In this document: piece after piece, positions 1-9,155 of the stretch
How positions within the stretch are numbered: the stretch's first letter is position 1
Layout of the letters: every line of letters begins with the position of its first letter
NCBI GenBank assembly: GCA_044446745.1
Contig: JBIOFE010000001.1
Span: forward strand, 44,759-108,758
Reading direction: 5' to 3'
Source of the DNA: Acidimicrobiales bacterium
Lineage (GTDB): Bacteria; Actinomycetota; Acidimicrobiia; Acidimicrobiales; RAAP-2
Length of the DNA: 64,000 nt
Notes under the pieces: model-generated
The model's database searches: none
What the model was told of the DNA's origin: nothing
Seen by the model: the letters and a program-made list of their open reading frames with translations, nothing else
Position numbers and translations under genes: made by a program

Positions 1-160
1 ACGCGGGTCCGCCGCGGTAGGTCACCGAGACGAACGAGGGGGTCAGGGGCTCGAGGTCGGCCAGGGTTGCCGCCAACATGGCGCCCTCTTCGTCGGTCTT
101 GGGCGGGAAGAACTCGAAGGACCGGGTCAGCCCGGCCGCGAGCAACGCGTCGACGCGCAC
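1..160 (-). CDS. metF: Methylenetetrahydrofolate reductase, 5' part only (runs off the window edge)
   Basis: Not in the ORF track. Manual translation from GTG at 160 gives MRVDALLAAGLTRSFEFFPPKTDEEG...PSFVSVTYRGG, with the MetF N-terminal SFEFFPPK and FVSVTY motifs. Lies 4 nt after the cupin stop. Confidence 0.85.
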   Translation of the reverse strand, partial: MRVDALLAAGLTRSFEFFPPKTDEEGAMLAATLADLEPLTPSFVSVTYRGGPA

Positions 161-164
161 GCGA

Positions 165-533
165 TCAGGCGCGTCCGAAGTCGTCTTCGAGCCGCACGAT
201 GTCGTCTTCGCCGAAGTAGGTGCCGTGCTGCACCTCGATGAAGACGACCGGGGTCGTGCCCCGGTTCTCGCACCGGTGGGCCTGGCCCAGCGCGATGTCG
301 AGGCTGTCGCCCGGGCCGAGCTCGACCTCGCGGCCGTCCAGGACGACCGTGGCGTGGCCGTTGACGACGAACCAGTGCTCGGCGCGGCGGTCGTGGAACT
401 GGTAGCTGAGCCGCTTGCCCGGGTCGACCACGATGCGCTTGACCTTGTGGTCGAACATCTCGTCGTCGAGCACGGTGAAGCTCCCCCACGGGCGCTCGTC
501 GAACTCGCGACCCCTGTCGTCGGTCGTCGCCAT
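165..533 (-). CDS. Stand-alone cupin, mannose-6-phosphate isomerase type II C-terminal-like (122 aa)
   Basis: ERPWGSFTVLD...VKRIVVDPGKRLSYQFH...AEHWFVV...HRCEN...IEVQHGTYFGEDDIVRLEDDFGR is the ManC/PMI cupin pattern. ATG at 533 overlaps the folD stop (TGATG). Confidence 0.85.
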   Translation of the reverse strand: MATTDDRGREFDERPWGSFTVLDDEMFDHKVKRIVVDPGKRLSYQFHDRRAEHWFVVNGHATVVLDGREVELGPGDSLDIALGQAHRCENRGTTPVVFIEVQHGTYFGEDDIVRLEDDFGRA

Positions 534-1387
534 CACCGGACCTTCTCTGCCGCTTGCACGGCGTTGCGCAACAGCATGGCACGGGTCATGGGGCCGACGC
601 CGCCGAGGCGTGGCGTGACCCAGGCGGCCACGTCGGCCACCTCGTCGGCGACGTCGCTGAGCAGCTTGCGCCCGGCCCAACTGGTGCCCGCCGCGACCAC
701 GGCGGCCCCCGGCCGGACCATGTCGGGCGTGACGAGCCCGGCCACGCCGGCCGCCGCCACGAGCACGTCGCCCTGGCGCGTCAGCGCGCCGAGGTCGGCG
801 ACGCCGGTGTGCACGACGGTGACCGCGGCGTTGCAGCCCGGGCGTTTCAACGCGAGCAGCAGCGCCAGCGGGCGCCCGATGGTGACGCCCCGCCCGATGA
901 TGACGACGTGGCGGCCCTCGACGGGCACCTCGTAGAAGCGCAGGAGCTCGACGATGCCCGCCGGCGTGCACGGCAGGGGCCCGGGGGCGCCCATCACCAG
1001 GCGACCGAGGTTGGTGGGGTGCAGACCGTCGACGTCCTTCGCCGGGTCGACGCGAACCAGCACCTCCGCCTCGTTCATCCCGGCCGGCAGGGGCAGCTGG
1101 ACCAGGATCGACTGGACGCGCGGGTCGGTGTTGAAGCGGTCGACGACGGCCTCCACCTCGGCCTGGGTCGCGGTCGCGGGCAGGTGCTCGTTGAAGGTGA
1201 CCACGCCGATCTCGGCGCAGTCGCGCTGCTTCATCGCCACGTAGGTCGCGCTGGGTCCGTCGTCGCCCACCAGCAGCGTGCCCAGCCCGACCGGCCGGCC
1301 GTCGGCGGCGAGGCGCGCCGCCCGATCGGCCAGCTCCATCTTCACGCGGGCCGCCACGACCTCGCCGTCGAGCAGGGATGCGGGCAC
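533..1387 (-). CDS. folD: Bifunctional methylenetetrahydrofolate dehydrogenase/cyclohydrolase
   Basis: LLDGE...LVGDDGPSATYVAMK, ILVQLPLP, KDVDGLHP, PCTPAGI, TPRLGGVGPMTRAML. AGGAG upstream of the GTG. Confidence 0.96.
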   Translation of the reverse strand: MPASLLDGEVVAARVKMELADRAARLAADGRPVGLGTLLVGDDGPSATYVAMKQRDCAEIGVVTFNEHLPATATQAEVEAVVDRFNTDPRVQSILVQLPLPAGMNEAEVLVRVDPAKDVDGLHPTNLGRLVMGAPGPLPCTPAGIVELLRFYEVPVEGRHVVIIGRGVTIGRPLALLLALKRPGCNAAVTVVHTGVADLGALTRQGDVLVAAAGVAGLVTPDMVRPGAAVVAAGTSWAGRKLLSDVADEVADVAAWVTPRLGGVGPMTRAMLLRNAVQAAEKVR

Positions 1388-1395
1388 GAGTTCTC

Positions 1396-2934
1396 CTAGT
1401 GGCGGAAGTGACGTTCGCCGGTCAGCAACATGACGATACCCGCGGCGTTGGCGGCCTCGATGATCTGCGCGTCGCGCACCGAGCCGCCCGGCTGCACGAC
1501 CGCCGACACGCCGGCGGCGATGAGCGATTGGAGCCCGTCGGCGAACGGGAAGAAGGCGTCCGACGCGGCGGCCGCGCCCTGGGCCGCGCCGCCGGCCTTG
1601 GCGGTCGCCAACTCCGCCGCGACGACGCGCGACTGCTGGCCGGCCCCCACGCCGACGGCGACGCCGGCGCGCGCCAGTACCACGGCGTTGGAGGTCGTGC
1701 GCGCGCAGACCCGCCAGGCGACCTGGAGGTCGCGGAGCTCACCGGGGGTGGGCGATCGGTCGGTGACGCAGCGCCACTGGCTGACCGGCGCGAGCAGCTC
1801 GTCGGCGCTCTGGACCAGCGCGGTGTCGCCCAGCGTGCGCACCGACCGGCCCAGCGGCTCGGGCGCCGGGGCGCTGAGCAGCCGGGTGGCCCGGCGTCGG
1901 GCTACTAGGACCTCGAGGGCGTCCGGCGTGAAGGAGGACGCGATGACCACGTCGGCCTGGGGCCCCGCGGCGATCAGCTCGGCCAACGCCCGGTCGACGT
2001 CGCCCCCGACGGCGACCACGCCGCCGAAGGCGCTCAGCGGGTCGGCGGCCAGAGCCCCGGTGAACGCGTCGGCCAGCGTCGAGGCCACGGCCGCACCCGC
2101 GGCGTTGGCGTGCTTGATGATGGCCGCGGCCGCGTCGTCCGGCGCGTCGCCGGCCAGCTCGTGGACCAGGCGCCACGCGGCGTCGGCGTCGAAGAGGTTG
2201 AGGTAGCTCAACGCGGTGCCGGCGTGCTGGACCACGCCGTCCCACCACGGGGTCGTCCCGGCCAGGCGGTAGCGCGCGCCGACCTGGTGGGGGTTCTCGC
2301 CGTAGCGCACGACCTCGGCGAGTTCCAACTCCAGGTGCAGCGAGGCCGGCAGGACAGCCTCGAGCGGCTCGGGCGCCGCGGCCGCCCCGCCGGCGTCGAG
2401 CCAGCGCGCGATCTGCGCGTCGTAGGCCGCGGTGGCCGCGAAGGCCACCCGGGCCAGCTCGTGGCGCGTCGCCTCACTCAGCGCGCCCGACGCCCGCAAT
2501 TCGTCGAGCACGCCCGCGTACTGGCTCGGACGGGTGACGACGCCGACGTGCCGGTGGTTCTTGGCCGCGGCGCGCACCATCGTCGGCCCGCCGACGTCGA
2601 TGAGCTCGATCGAGGGGTCCGACGAGAACGGGTAGAGGTTGCAGACCACCAGGTCGATCGTGGTGATCCCGTGCTCGGCCAGGGCGCCGAGGTGGTCGGG
2701 GTCGTCGCGGTCGGCCAGGATGCCCGCGTGCACCACCGGGTGCAGCGTCTTGACGCGGCCCCCGAGCATCTCGGGAAAGCCCGTGACGTCCGCGACGTCG
2801 AGGTGCGCGACGCCGGCCGCGCTCAGCGCGCGGGCCGTGCCGCCCGAGGCGATCAGCTCGACGCCCAGCGCGGCCAGCCCCGTGGCGAACTCGACCAGCC
2901 CGGTCTTGTCCCAGACGCTGATGAGCGCGCGCAC
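1396..2934 (-). CDS. purH: Bifunctional AICAR transformylase/IMP cyclohydrolase
   Basis: RALISVWDKTG, GGRVKTLHP, IDVGGPTMVRAAAKNH, YGENPHQ, IIKHAN, ASDAFFPFADG, QPGGSVRD, RHFRH. Confidence 0.97.
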   Translation of the reverse strand: MRALISVWDKTGLVEFATGLAALGVELIASGGTARALSAAGVAHLDVADVTGFPEMLGGRVKTLHPVVHAGILADRDDPDHLGALAEHGITTIDLVVCNLYPFSSDPSIELIDVGGPTMVRAAAKNHRHVGVVTRPSQYAGVLDELRASGALSEATRHELARVAFAATAAYDAQIARWLDAGGAAAAPEPLEAVLPASLHLELELAEVVRYGENPHQVGARYRLAGTTPWWDGVVQHAGTALSYLNLFDADAAWRLVHELAGDAPDDAAAAIIKHANAAGAAVASTLADAFTGALAADPLSAFGGVVAVGGDVDRALAELIAAGPQADVVIASSFTPDALEVLVARRRATRLLSAPAPEPLGRSVRTLGDTALVQSADELLAPVSQWRCVTDRSPTPGELRDLQVAWRVCARTTSNAVVLARAGVAVGVGAGQQSRVVAAELATAKAGGAAQGAAAASDAFFPFADGLQSLIAAGVSAVVQPGGSVRDAQIIEAANAAGIVMLLTGERHFRH

Positions 2935-3548
2935 TAGTCCTCCAGCGTCCCGGCCACCGAGACCGGTTCGCGGCCCTCGGCCAGGGCCGCCATCACCCTA
3001 CCGACGACGCGCGGGTAGAGGGAGCGCTCCACGGCCTTGATGCGCTCGTGCAGCGTCGCCTCGTCGTCGCCCGGCTCGACCGGCACGCGTCGCTGCGCCA
3101 AGAGCGGTCCGTCATCGAGCGCCTCGGTGGCCAGGTGCACCGTGCAGCCGGTCTCGGCCACGCCGGCGGCCAGCGCCTGCGCCACCGCGTGCCACCCCGG
3201 GAACGCCGGCAGGAGGCTCGGGTGGGTGTTGAGGACGCGCCCGGGAAAGGCGTCGTGCAAGCCCGCCGTGACGACGGTGCCGAAGCCCGCCATGGCGACC
3301 ACGTCGACGCGCCGGACCGCCAGCGCGGCCGTCAGCGCGGCGGTGTAGCCCGGGCGGTCGAAGTCCGCGGAGAAACCACCGAACTCGCGGCGGTCCACCA
3401 GCACGGCCTCCACGCCGGCGGCGCGGGCCACCTCCAGGCCGCGGCACGGTCGGTCGGCCGCGACCAGCGCCACCTCGAGCGAGGCGAGCAGCGACTCAAG
3501 GATCGTGCCGGACCCTGACACGAGGACGCAGAGACGCACCGGCTCCAA
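2934..3548 (-). CDS. purN: Phosphoribosylglycinamide formyltransferase
   Basis: LVSGSGT, LNTHPSLLPAFPG, GCTVH, LDDGP, LHERIKAVE. Confidence 0.95.
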   Translation of the reverse strand: MEPVRLCVLVSGSGTILESLLASLEVALVAADRPCRGLEVARAAGVEAVLVDRREFGGFSADFDRPGYTAALTAALAVRRVDVVAMAGFGTVVTAGLHDAFPGRVLNTHPSLLPAFPGWHAVAQALAAGVAETGCTVHLATEALDDGPLLAQRRVPVEPGDDEATLHERIKAVERSLYPRVVGRVMAALAEGREPVSVAGTLED

Positions 3549-3552
3549 CGGT

Positions 3553-4437
3553 TCAGAGCGCCCGAACGATCTCGACCATCCTCTGTCCGGCCTCGGTGGG
3601 GTTCGCGCAGACGTGCACCCCGGCGCGGCTCAGCGCCTCCATCTTGGCCTGCGCGGTGCCCTTGGACCCCGAGATGATCGCGCCGGCGTGGCCCATCTTG
3701 CGCCCCGGCGGGGCCGTCACTCCGGCCACGTAGGCCACCACCGGCTTGGTCATGTGGCGCTGGATCCACTCCGCGGCCCGCTCCTCCTCCGAGCCGCCGA
3801 TCTCGCCGATCATCATCACGGCGCGGGTGTCGTCGTCGTCCTGGAACGCGCTCAGGCAGTCGATGAAGTTGGTCCCGGGCACCGGGTCGCCGCCGATGCC
3901 CACGCAGGTGGTCTGGCCCACGCCCTGCTGGCTCAGCTCGTGGAGGGCCTGGTAGGTGAGCGTGCCCGAGCGCGACACGATGCCGACCGGTCCCCCGGCG
4001 AGGGCGATGTCGCCCGAGGTGATGCCGATGTTGCACTTGCCCGGGCTGATGATGCCCGGGCAGTTGGGGCCGAGCAGGCGCACGCCGGGGTGCTCTTCGA
4101 CCAGCCGGTTGTAGGTGAGCGCCTCGTCGTGGGCCGGGATCCCCTCGGTGATGCACACGATGAAGGTGACGCCGCCCGCGGCCGCCTCGAGGATCGCCGC
4201 CGGGGCGAAGCGCGGCGGCACCGCCACGAACGACGCCGTGGCCCCGGTGGACGCGACCGCCTCGCGCACCGAGTCGTAGACCGCGACGCCGTCGACGTCG
4301 GTGCCCCCCTTGCCCGGCGTGACCCCGGCCACGACCTGGGTCCCGTAGTCGCGGTTGCGAAGTCCGTGGAAGCGGCCCTGGCTTCCCGTGAGCCCCTGGA
4401 CGATGACCCTGGTGCCCGCGTCGACGAAGATGCTCAT
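3553..4437 (-). CDS. sucD: Succinyl-CoA synthetase alpha subunit
   Basis: VIVQGLTGSQG, GPNCPGII, SRSGTLTYQ, GIGGDP, MGHAGAII (phospho-His). Confidence 0.97.
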   Translation of the reverse strand: MSIFVDAGTRVIVQGLTGSQGRFHGLRNRDYGTQVVAGVTPGKGGTDVDGVAVYDSVREAVASTGATASFVAVPPRFAPAAILEAAAGGVTFIVCITEGIPAHDEALTYNRLVEEHPGVRLLGPNCPGIISPGKCNIGITSGDIALAGGPVGIVSRSGTLTYQALHELSQQGVGQTTCVGIGGDPVPGTNFIDCLSAFQDDDDTRAVMMIGEIGGSEEERAAEWIQRHMTKPVVAYVAGVTAPPGRKMGHAGAIISGSKGTAQAKMEALSRAGVHVCANPTEAGQRMVEIVRAL

Positions 4438-5588
4438 CGCGGCGCCGCCTCGCCCGCCAGGGCGACCGCCCGACGCGCCGCGTCGAGCATCGTCGACTCG
4501 GTGATGAGCGACGCCGACTGGTGGGGCGCGAGGATCGCCCGGCCGGCCTCGGCGTTGGTGCCGTCGAGGCGCAGCACGATCGGCGAGGCGATGGCCACGC
4601 GGCCCAGCGCCTCAAGCACACCCTGGGCCACCTCGTCGACGCGCGTGATGCCCCCGAAGATGTTGACCAGGATCGACTTGACTTTGGGGTCGGTGTTGAT
4701 GACCTCGAGCGCCGAGGCCATCACGTCGGCGTTGGCGCCCCCGCCGATGTCGAGGAAGTTGGCGGCCCGCCCGCCGACCTGGTTGACGACGTCCAGGGTC
4801 GACATCGCCAGGCCCGCGCCGTTCGCGATGATCCCCACCGTGCCATCCAGTCCGATGTAGTTGAGGCCGCGCTCCTTGGCCATGCGCTCTCGCGGGTCCT
4901 CGGTCTCGGTGGCGCGGTACTCCTCCCACTCGGGGTGGCGGAAGGACGCGTTTTCGTCCAGGGTGACCTTGGCGTCCAGCGCGTGGACCGTGCCGTCGGG
5001 GGTGAGGATCAGCGGGTTGACCTCGGCCAGGTCGCAGTCGCCCTCGGTGTAGCAGCGGTACAGCTTGACCAGGAGCTCGGCGGCCTGGTCGCGCGCCGCC
5101 TCGTCCAGGCCCGCCTCGGCGACCCAGCGGCGCGCCGTGGCCACGTCGAGCCCGCGCACCGGGTCGATCTGGAGGAAGGCAATGGCGTCGGGGTCCTCCT
5201 CGGCCACCACCTCGATCTCGACCCCGCCCTGGGCGCTCAGCATCCCCAGGTACGTCTTGTTGGGCCGGTCCAGGGTGAAGCTGGCGTAGTACTCGCGCGC
5301 GATGTCGCTGGCGTGCTCCACCCACAGGCGGCGCACCACGTGGCCCTTGATGTCCAGGCCCAGGATGGCGCCGGCGTGGCGGCGCACCTCGTCGAGGTCG
5401 CCGGCGAGCTTCACCCCGCCCGCCTTGCCGCGTCCGCCCACCTTGACCTGGGCCTTCACGACCACCGGCAGGCCGACGCGCTGCGCGACGGCGAGCGCTT
5501 CGTCGACCGTGTCGGCGACGCCCCCGGGGGAGATCGCGATCCCGTAGCGCGCGAAGTACTGCTTGCCCTGGTACTCGAACAGATCCAT
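4434..5588 (-). CDS. sucC: Succinyl-CoA synthetase beta subunit
   Basis: Start reassigned to ATG 5588 (MDLFEYQGKQ). KAQVKVGGRGKAGGVK, AEVNPL, ANGAGLAMSTLD, NFLDIGGG, NIFGGITR. Confidence 0.97.
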   Translation of the reverse strand: MDLFEYQGKQYFARYGIAISPGGVADTVDEALAVAQRVGLPVVVKAQVKVGGRGKAGGVKLAGDLDEVRRHAGAILGLDIKGHVVRRLWVEHASDIAREYYASFTLDRPNKTYLGMLSAQGGVEIEVVAEEDPDAIAFLQIDPVRGLDVATARRWVAEAGLDEAARDQAAELLVKLYRCYTEGDCDLAEVNPLILTPDGTVHALDAKVTLDENASFRHPEWEEYRATETEDPRERMAKERGLNYIGLDGTVGIIANGAGLAMSTLDVVNQVGGRAANFLDIGGGANADVMASALEVINTDPKVKSILVNIFGGITRVDEVAQGVLEALGRVAIASPIVLRLDGTNAEAGRAILAPHQSASLITESTMLDAARRAVALAGEAAPR

Positions 5589-5641
5589 CGTCGCTCTCTG
5601 CTTGGGGGTCCCGCGACAATCTACCGAACCCGCGAAGACCC

Positions 5642-6052
5642 CTACGATGCGGCCTCGCGCGCGTCGAGGGTGGCGGCCAGCCATTCGCCGATCTCGGTCA
5701 GCGACGCGCCCGGGGTGAAGACGCGCGCCACGCCCGCCGCGGCCAGCGGCGCCCGGTCGTCGTCGGGGATGATGCCCCCGACCACCACCAGCACGTCGTC
5801 ACGCCCGGCGCCGGCGAGCAACTCGATCACCCGGGGCACCAGGACTCGGTGGGCCCCCGAGAGCAGGGACAGGCCGACGGCGTCGGCGTCCTCCTGGACC
5901 ACCGTCGCGACGATCTGCTCGGGGGTCTGGTGCAGCCCGGTGTAGACGACCTCGAAGCCGGCGTCGCGCAGGGCGCGCGCGATGACCTTGGCCCCCCGGT
6001 CGTGTCCGTCGAGGCCCGGTTTGGCGACGACGACACGGTAGGGACGCTTCAT
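5642..6052 (-). CDS. Cobalamin (B12)-binding domain protein, methylmalonyl-CoA mutase small-subunit type
   Basis: From ATG 6052: [34 protein letters not shown] (DxHxxG motif), [18 protein letters not shown]. Confidence 0.92.
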   Translation of the reverse strand: MKRPYRVVVAKPGLDGHDRGAKVIARALRDAGFEVVYTGLHQTPEQIVATVVQEDADAVGLSLLSGAHRVLVPRVIELLAGAGRDDVLVVVGGIIPDDDRAPLAAAGVARVFTPGASLTEIGEWLAATLDAREAAS

Positions 6053-6142
6053 CGTCCCCTCAGCATAGGACCCGGTTGGCGGGCTTTTCGGGGCCGTCGC
6101 CGCGTCGGGAGGCCTCGAGGGCCGCGAGTAGCGTGGAATCTC

Positions 6143-7048
6143 GTGACGACGGCGTCGACCCCCGCGCGCGGTCCGGTCCGGGCCCTGGCCTCGGCGATGC
6201 GCCCGCGCCAGTGGATCAAGAACGGTCTCATCGGAGTGGCCCCCGCCGCGGCGGGCACGCTCACCCACGCCGACGTGCTGCGCCACACCGGGGCCGCGTT
6301 CCTCGCCTTCTGCGCCCTCTCCTCGGCCATCTACCTGGTCAACGACCTGCGCGACCTCGCGGGCGACCGTGAGCACCCCACCAAGCGCCACCGCGCCCTG
6401 GCCGCCAGCCAGCTGTCGGCGAGAGCGGCCAGCGCGGCGGCGGTGGCGCTAATCCTCGTCTCCTTCGCGATCCCCTTCGCCCTCTGGCACCCCCAGGGCC
6501 TGTTCCTGGTGCTCGGGCTCTACCTGGTCAACTCGCTGGCCTACTCCTTCTACGTCAAGAACATTGTGATCATGGAGCTGGTCTCGGTGGCCTCGGGCTT
6601 CTTCCTGCGCGCCTACGCCGGCGCCGCGGCGTCGCACATCTTCGTCTCCACTTGGTTCCTCGTGGTCATCTCCTTCGGCGCGCTGTTCCTGGTGGTCGGC
6701 AAGCGATCGTCGGAGCTGGAGCGGGTGGGCGCGGGCATCACGCGGCGCGTGCTGGGCGAGTACACGCGCGACTTCCTCCACTCGGTCCTCACGCTGAGCG
6801 CGGCGGTCGTGGTGACCTGCTACTGCCTGTGGGCCTTCGACACCTCGGCCACCGGCCTGTCCTCGGCCCACCACTACATCGTCCCGATCCGCCTGTCGGT
6901 GGTGCCCGTCGTGATCGCCGTGCTGTTCATCATGCGCTCGGCCGAGGCCGGCAACGGCGCGGCGCCCGACGAGCTGCTCTATCACGACCGCGTGGTCCAG
7001 GGGCTCGTCGTCGTGTGGGGCGTGCTGTTGATGGTCGGGATCTACTGA
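6143..7048 (+). CDS. ubiA: Decaprenyl-phosphate phosphoribosyltransferase (UbiA family, Rv3806c-like)
   Basis: [30 protein letters not shown] and multiple TM segments. Start uncertain (GTG 6143 or ATG 6197). Confidence 0.88.
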   Translation: MTTASTPARGPVRALASAMRPRQWIKNGLIGVAPAAAGTLTHADVLRHTGAAFLAFCALSSAIYLVNDLRDLAGDREHPTKRHRALAASQLSARAASAAAVALILVSFAIPFALWHPQGLFLVLGLYLVNSLAYSFYVKNIVIMELVSVASGFFLRAYAGAAASHIFVSTWFLVVISFGALFLVVGKRSSELERVGAGITRRVLGEYTRDFLHSVLTLSAAVVVTCYCLWAFDTSATGLSSAHHYIVPIRLSVVPVVIAVLFIMRSAEAGNGAAPDELLYHDRVVQGLVVVWGVLLMVGIY

Positions 7049-8382
7049 TGGCCCGCGAGCGGCTCACCGGCTGGGGCCGCACGTCCCCCAGCGTCGCCGA
7101 GGTGGTCACCCCCGAGGACGAGGACGGCGTCGTCGCGGCGGTCGCCGCGTCGGGCGCGGTCGTCGCGCGCGGCCTGGGCCGCAGCTACGGCGACGCCGCC
7201 CAGGTGGGCGGCGGGCTGGTGGTGAGCAACCTCGGCCTAGGCGGCGTCGGGGCGATCGGCGCCGACGGCGTGGTGAGCGTCGGCGCCGGCGTCAGCTTCG
7301 ACGAGCTCCTGGCCGCGTCCATCCCCCAGGGCTGGTTCGTCCCGGTGACCCCGGGGACCCGCCAGGTCACGCTGGGCGGCGCGGTCGCCGCCGACGTCCA
7401 CGGCAAGAACCACCACGTCGACGGGTCGATCGGCGCCCACGTGGTCGAGATGCGCCTGGTCACCCCGCGCGACGTCTACGACGTCTCCCCGCACGCGGAC
7501 GCCGAGCTCTTCTGGGCCACCGTCGGCGGGATGGGGCTGACCGGGGTCGTCACGCGCCTCACGCTGCGCCTCTTGGCGATCGAGACCGACCAGGTGCTGG
7601 TCGACACCGAGCGCTTCGACGGCCTCGACGCGGTCATGGCCGCGATGGCCGAGGGCGACCGCGGGTACCGCTACTCGGTGGCCTGGGTGGATTGCATGAC
7701 GCGCGGCGCCCACATGGGCCGGGCCATCCTCACGCGCGGGGACCACGCGAGGGCCGCCGACGTGGCCGCGCCCACGCTGCGCGCCCCGCGCCCGGCCCGC
7801 CTAGCGATCCCCGTTGACGCGCCGAGTGGCCTGCTCAACGCCCTGAGCGTGCGCGCGTTCAACGAGCTGTGGTTCCGCTCCGCGCCGCGCCACGAGGTCG
7901 GCGAGGCCCAGGCGCTGGCGACCTTCTTCCACCCCCTCGACGGGGTGCGCGACTGGAACCGGCTCTACGGTCGGCGAGGCTTCGTGCAGTACCAGTTCTG
8001 CGTGCCCGACGACGCGGCCGAGACGATCACGCGCGCCATCGAGCGCCTGTCGTCGTCGCGGGTGCCGAGCTTCCTCGCCGTGCTGAAGCGCTTCGGCGCG
8101 GCGACCCCCGGCCCGCTCTCCTTCCCGGCGCCGGGCTGGACTCTGGCCCTAGACCTGCCGGTCGGCCCGGCGGCGCTGCCCGGCGTGCTCGACGAGCTCG
8201 ACGAGCTGGTCATCGCCGCGGGCGGCCGGGTCTACTTCGCCAAGGACGCCCGGCTCAACCCGACCAAGGTGCGCGCGATGTACCCGCGCCTCGACGACTT
8301 CCTCGCGGTGAAGAACCGGGTCGACCCCGAGCACCGCGTGACCAGCGACCTCGCCCGACGACTCGGGCTGGGAGGAGAGTAG
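7048..8382 (+). CDS. dprE1: FAD-binding oxidoreductase, decaprenylphosphoryl-beta-D-ribose oxidase DprE1-like
   Basis: LTGWGRT, ARGLGRSYGD, VPVTPGTRQVTLGGAVAADVHGKNHH, TVGGMGLTG, FFHPLD, FVQYQF, GGRVYFAKD. ATG overlaps the ubiA stop. Confidence 0.88.
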   Translation: MARERLTGWGRTSPSVAEVVTPEDEDGVVAAVAASGAVVARGLGRSYGDAAQVGGGLVVSNLGLGGVGAIGADGVVSVGAGVSFDELLAASIPQGWFVPVTPGTRQVTLGGAVAADVHGKNHHVDGSIGAHVVEMRLVTPRDVYDVSPHADAELFWATVGGMGLTGVVTRLTLRLLAIETDQVLVDTERFDGLDAVMAAMAEGDRGYRYSVAWVDCMTRGAHMGRAILTRGDHARAADVAAPTLRAPRPARLAIPVDAPSGLLNALSVRAFNELWFRSAPRHEVGEAQALATFFHPLDGVRDWNRLYGRRGFVQYQFCVPDDAAETITRAIERLSSSRVPSFLAVLKRFGAATPGPLSFPAPGWTLALDLPVGPAALPGVLDELDELVIAAGGRVYFAKDARLNPTKVRAMYPRLDDFLAVKNRVDPEHRVTSDLARRLGLGGE

Positions 8383-8384
8383 CC

Positions 8385-9155
8385 ATGGAGAACGCCTTCG
8401 GGCAGCCCCAGAGCGTCGTCGTGCTGGGGGGCACCTCGGACATCGCGCGCGCCCTGACCAAGCGGCTGGCCGCGGCGCGGACCCGCACGGTCGTGCTGGC
8501 TGGGCGCGACGCCGACCGGCTGGCCGACGCCGCGGCCGAGGCCCGCGGCTACGGCGCGTCGACCACCGCGACGGTGCTCTTCGACGCCGAGGACGCCACC
8601 GACGCGCAGCGCTGCGTCAACGAGGCCTTCGACAAGGCCGGCGACCCGGTCGACCTGGTGGTGGTCGCGGTGGGCCAGCTGGGCGAGCAGGCCCGCGACG
8701 AGGACGATCCCGCGCGCGCCGCCTCGATGGCCCTGGTCAACTTCGCGTGGCCCAGCGCCGCGCTGGCCGAGGTGCGCCGGCGCCTGGTGGCCCAGGGCCA
8801 CGGGCGGATCCTGGTGCTGTCGTCGATCGGCGCGGTGCGGGTGCGGCGCAACGCCTACCTCTACGGCGCCGCCAAGGCCGCGCTGGACCGCGTGGCCCAG
8901 GGTCTGGCCGAGTCGCTGGCCGGTACGGGGGTGAGCCTGCAGATCGTGCGACCGGCCTACGTGCGCTCCAAGATGACCGCCGGCCGCGCCGAGACGCCCT
9001 TCGCCACCGGGGTCAACGAGGTCGCCGAGACCATCGTGGCCGGCCTGGCCACCGGCCAGCCGGTGATCTGGAGCCCCCCGGCGCTGCGCTACGTCGCCGC
9101 GGTCCTGCGCGTGCTGCCCGCGCCGCTGTGGCGCCGGGTGGCCGCGCGGGGCTAG
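8385..9155 (+). CDS. dprE2: Short-chain dehydrogenase, decaprenylphosphoryl-2-keto-ribose reductase DprE2-like
   Basis: MENAFGQPQSVVVLGGTSDIAR resembles the DprE2 N-terminus. YxxxK (YGAAK) and VRPAYVRSKMT present. GGAGGAG RBS upstream. Confidence 0.83.
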   Translation: MENAFGQPQSVVVLGGTSDIARALTKRLAAARTRTVVLAGRDADRLADAAAEARGYGASTTATVLFDAEDATDAQRCVNEAFDKAGDPVDLVVVAVGQLGEQARDEDDPARAASMALVNFAWPSAALAEVRRRLVAQGHGRILVLSSIGAVRVRRNAYLYGAAKAALDRVAQGLAESLAGTGVSLQIVRPAYVRSKMTAGRAETPFATGVNEVAETIVAGLATGQPVIWSPPALRYVAAVLRVLPAPLWRRVAARG

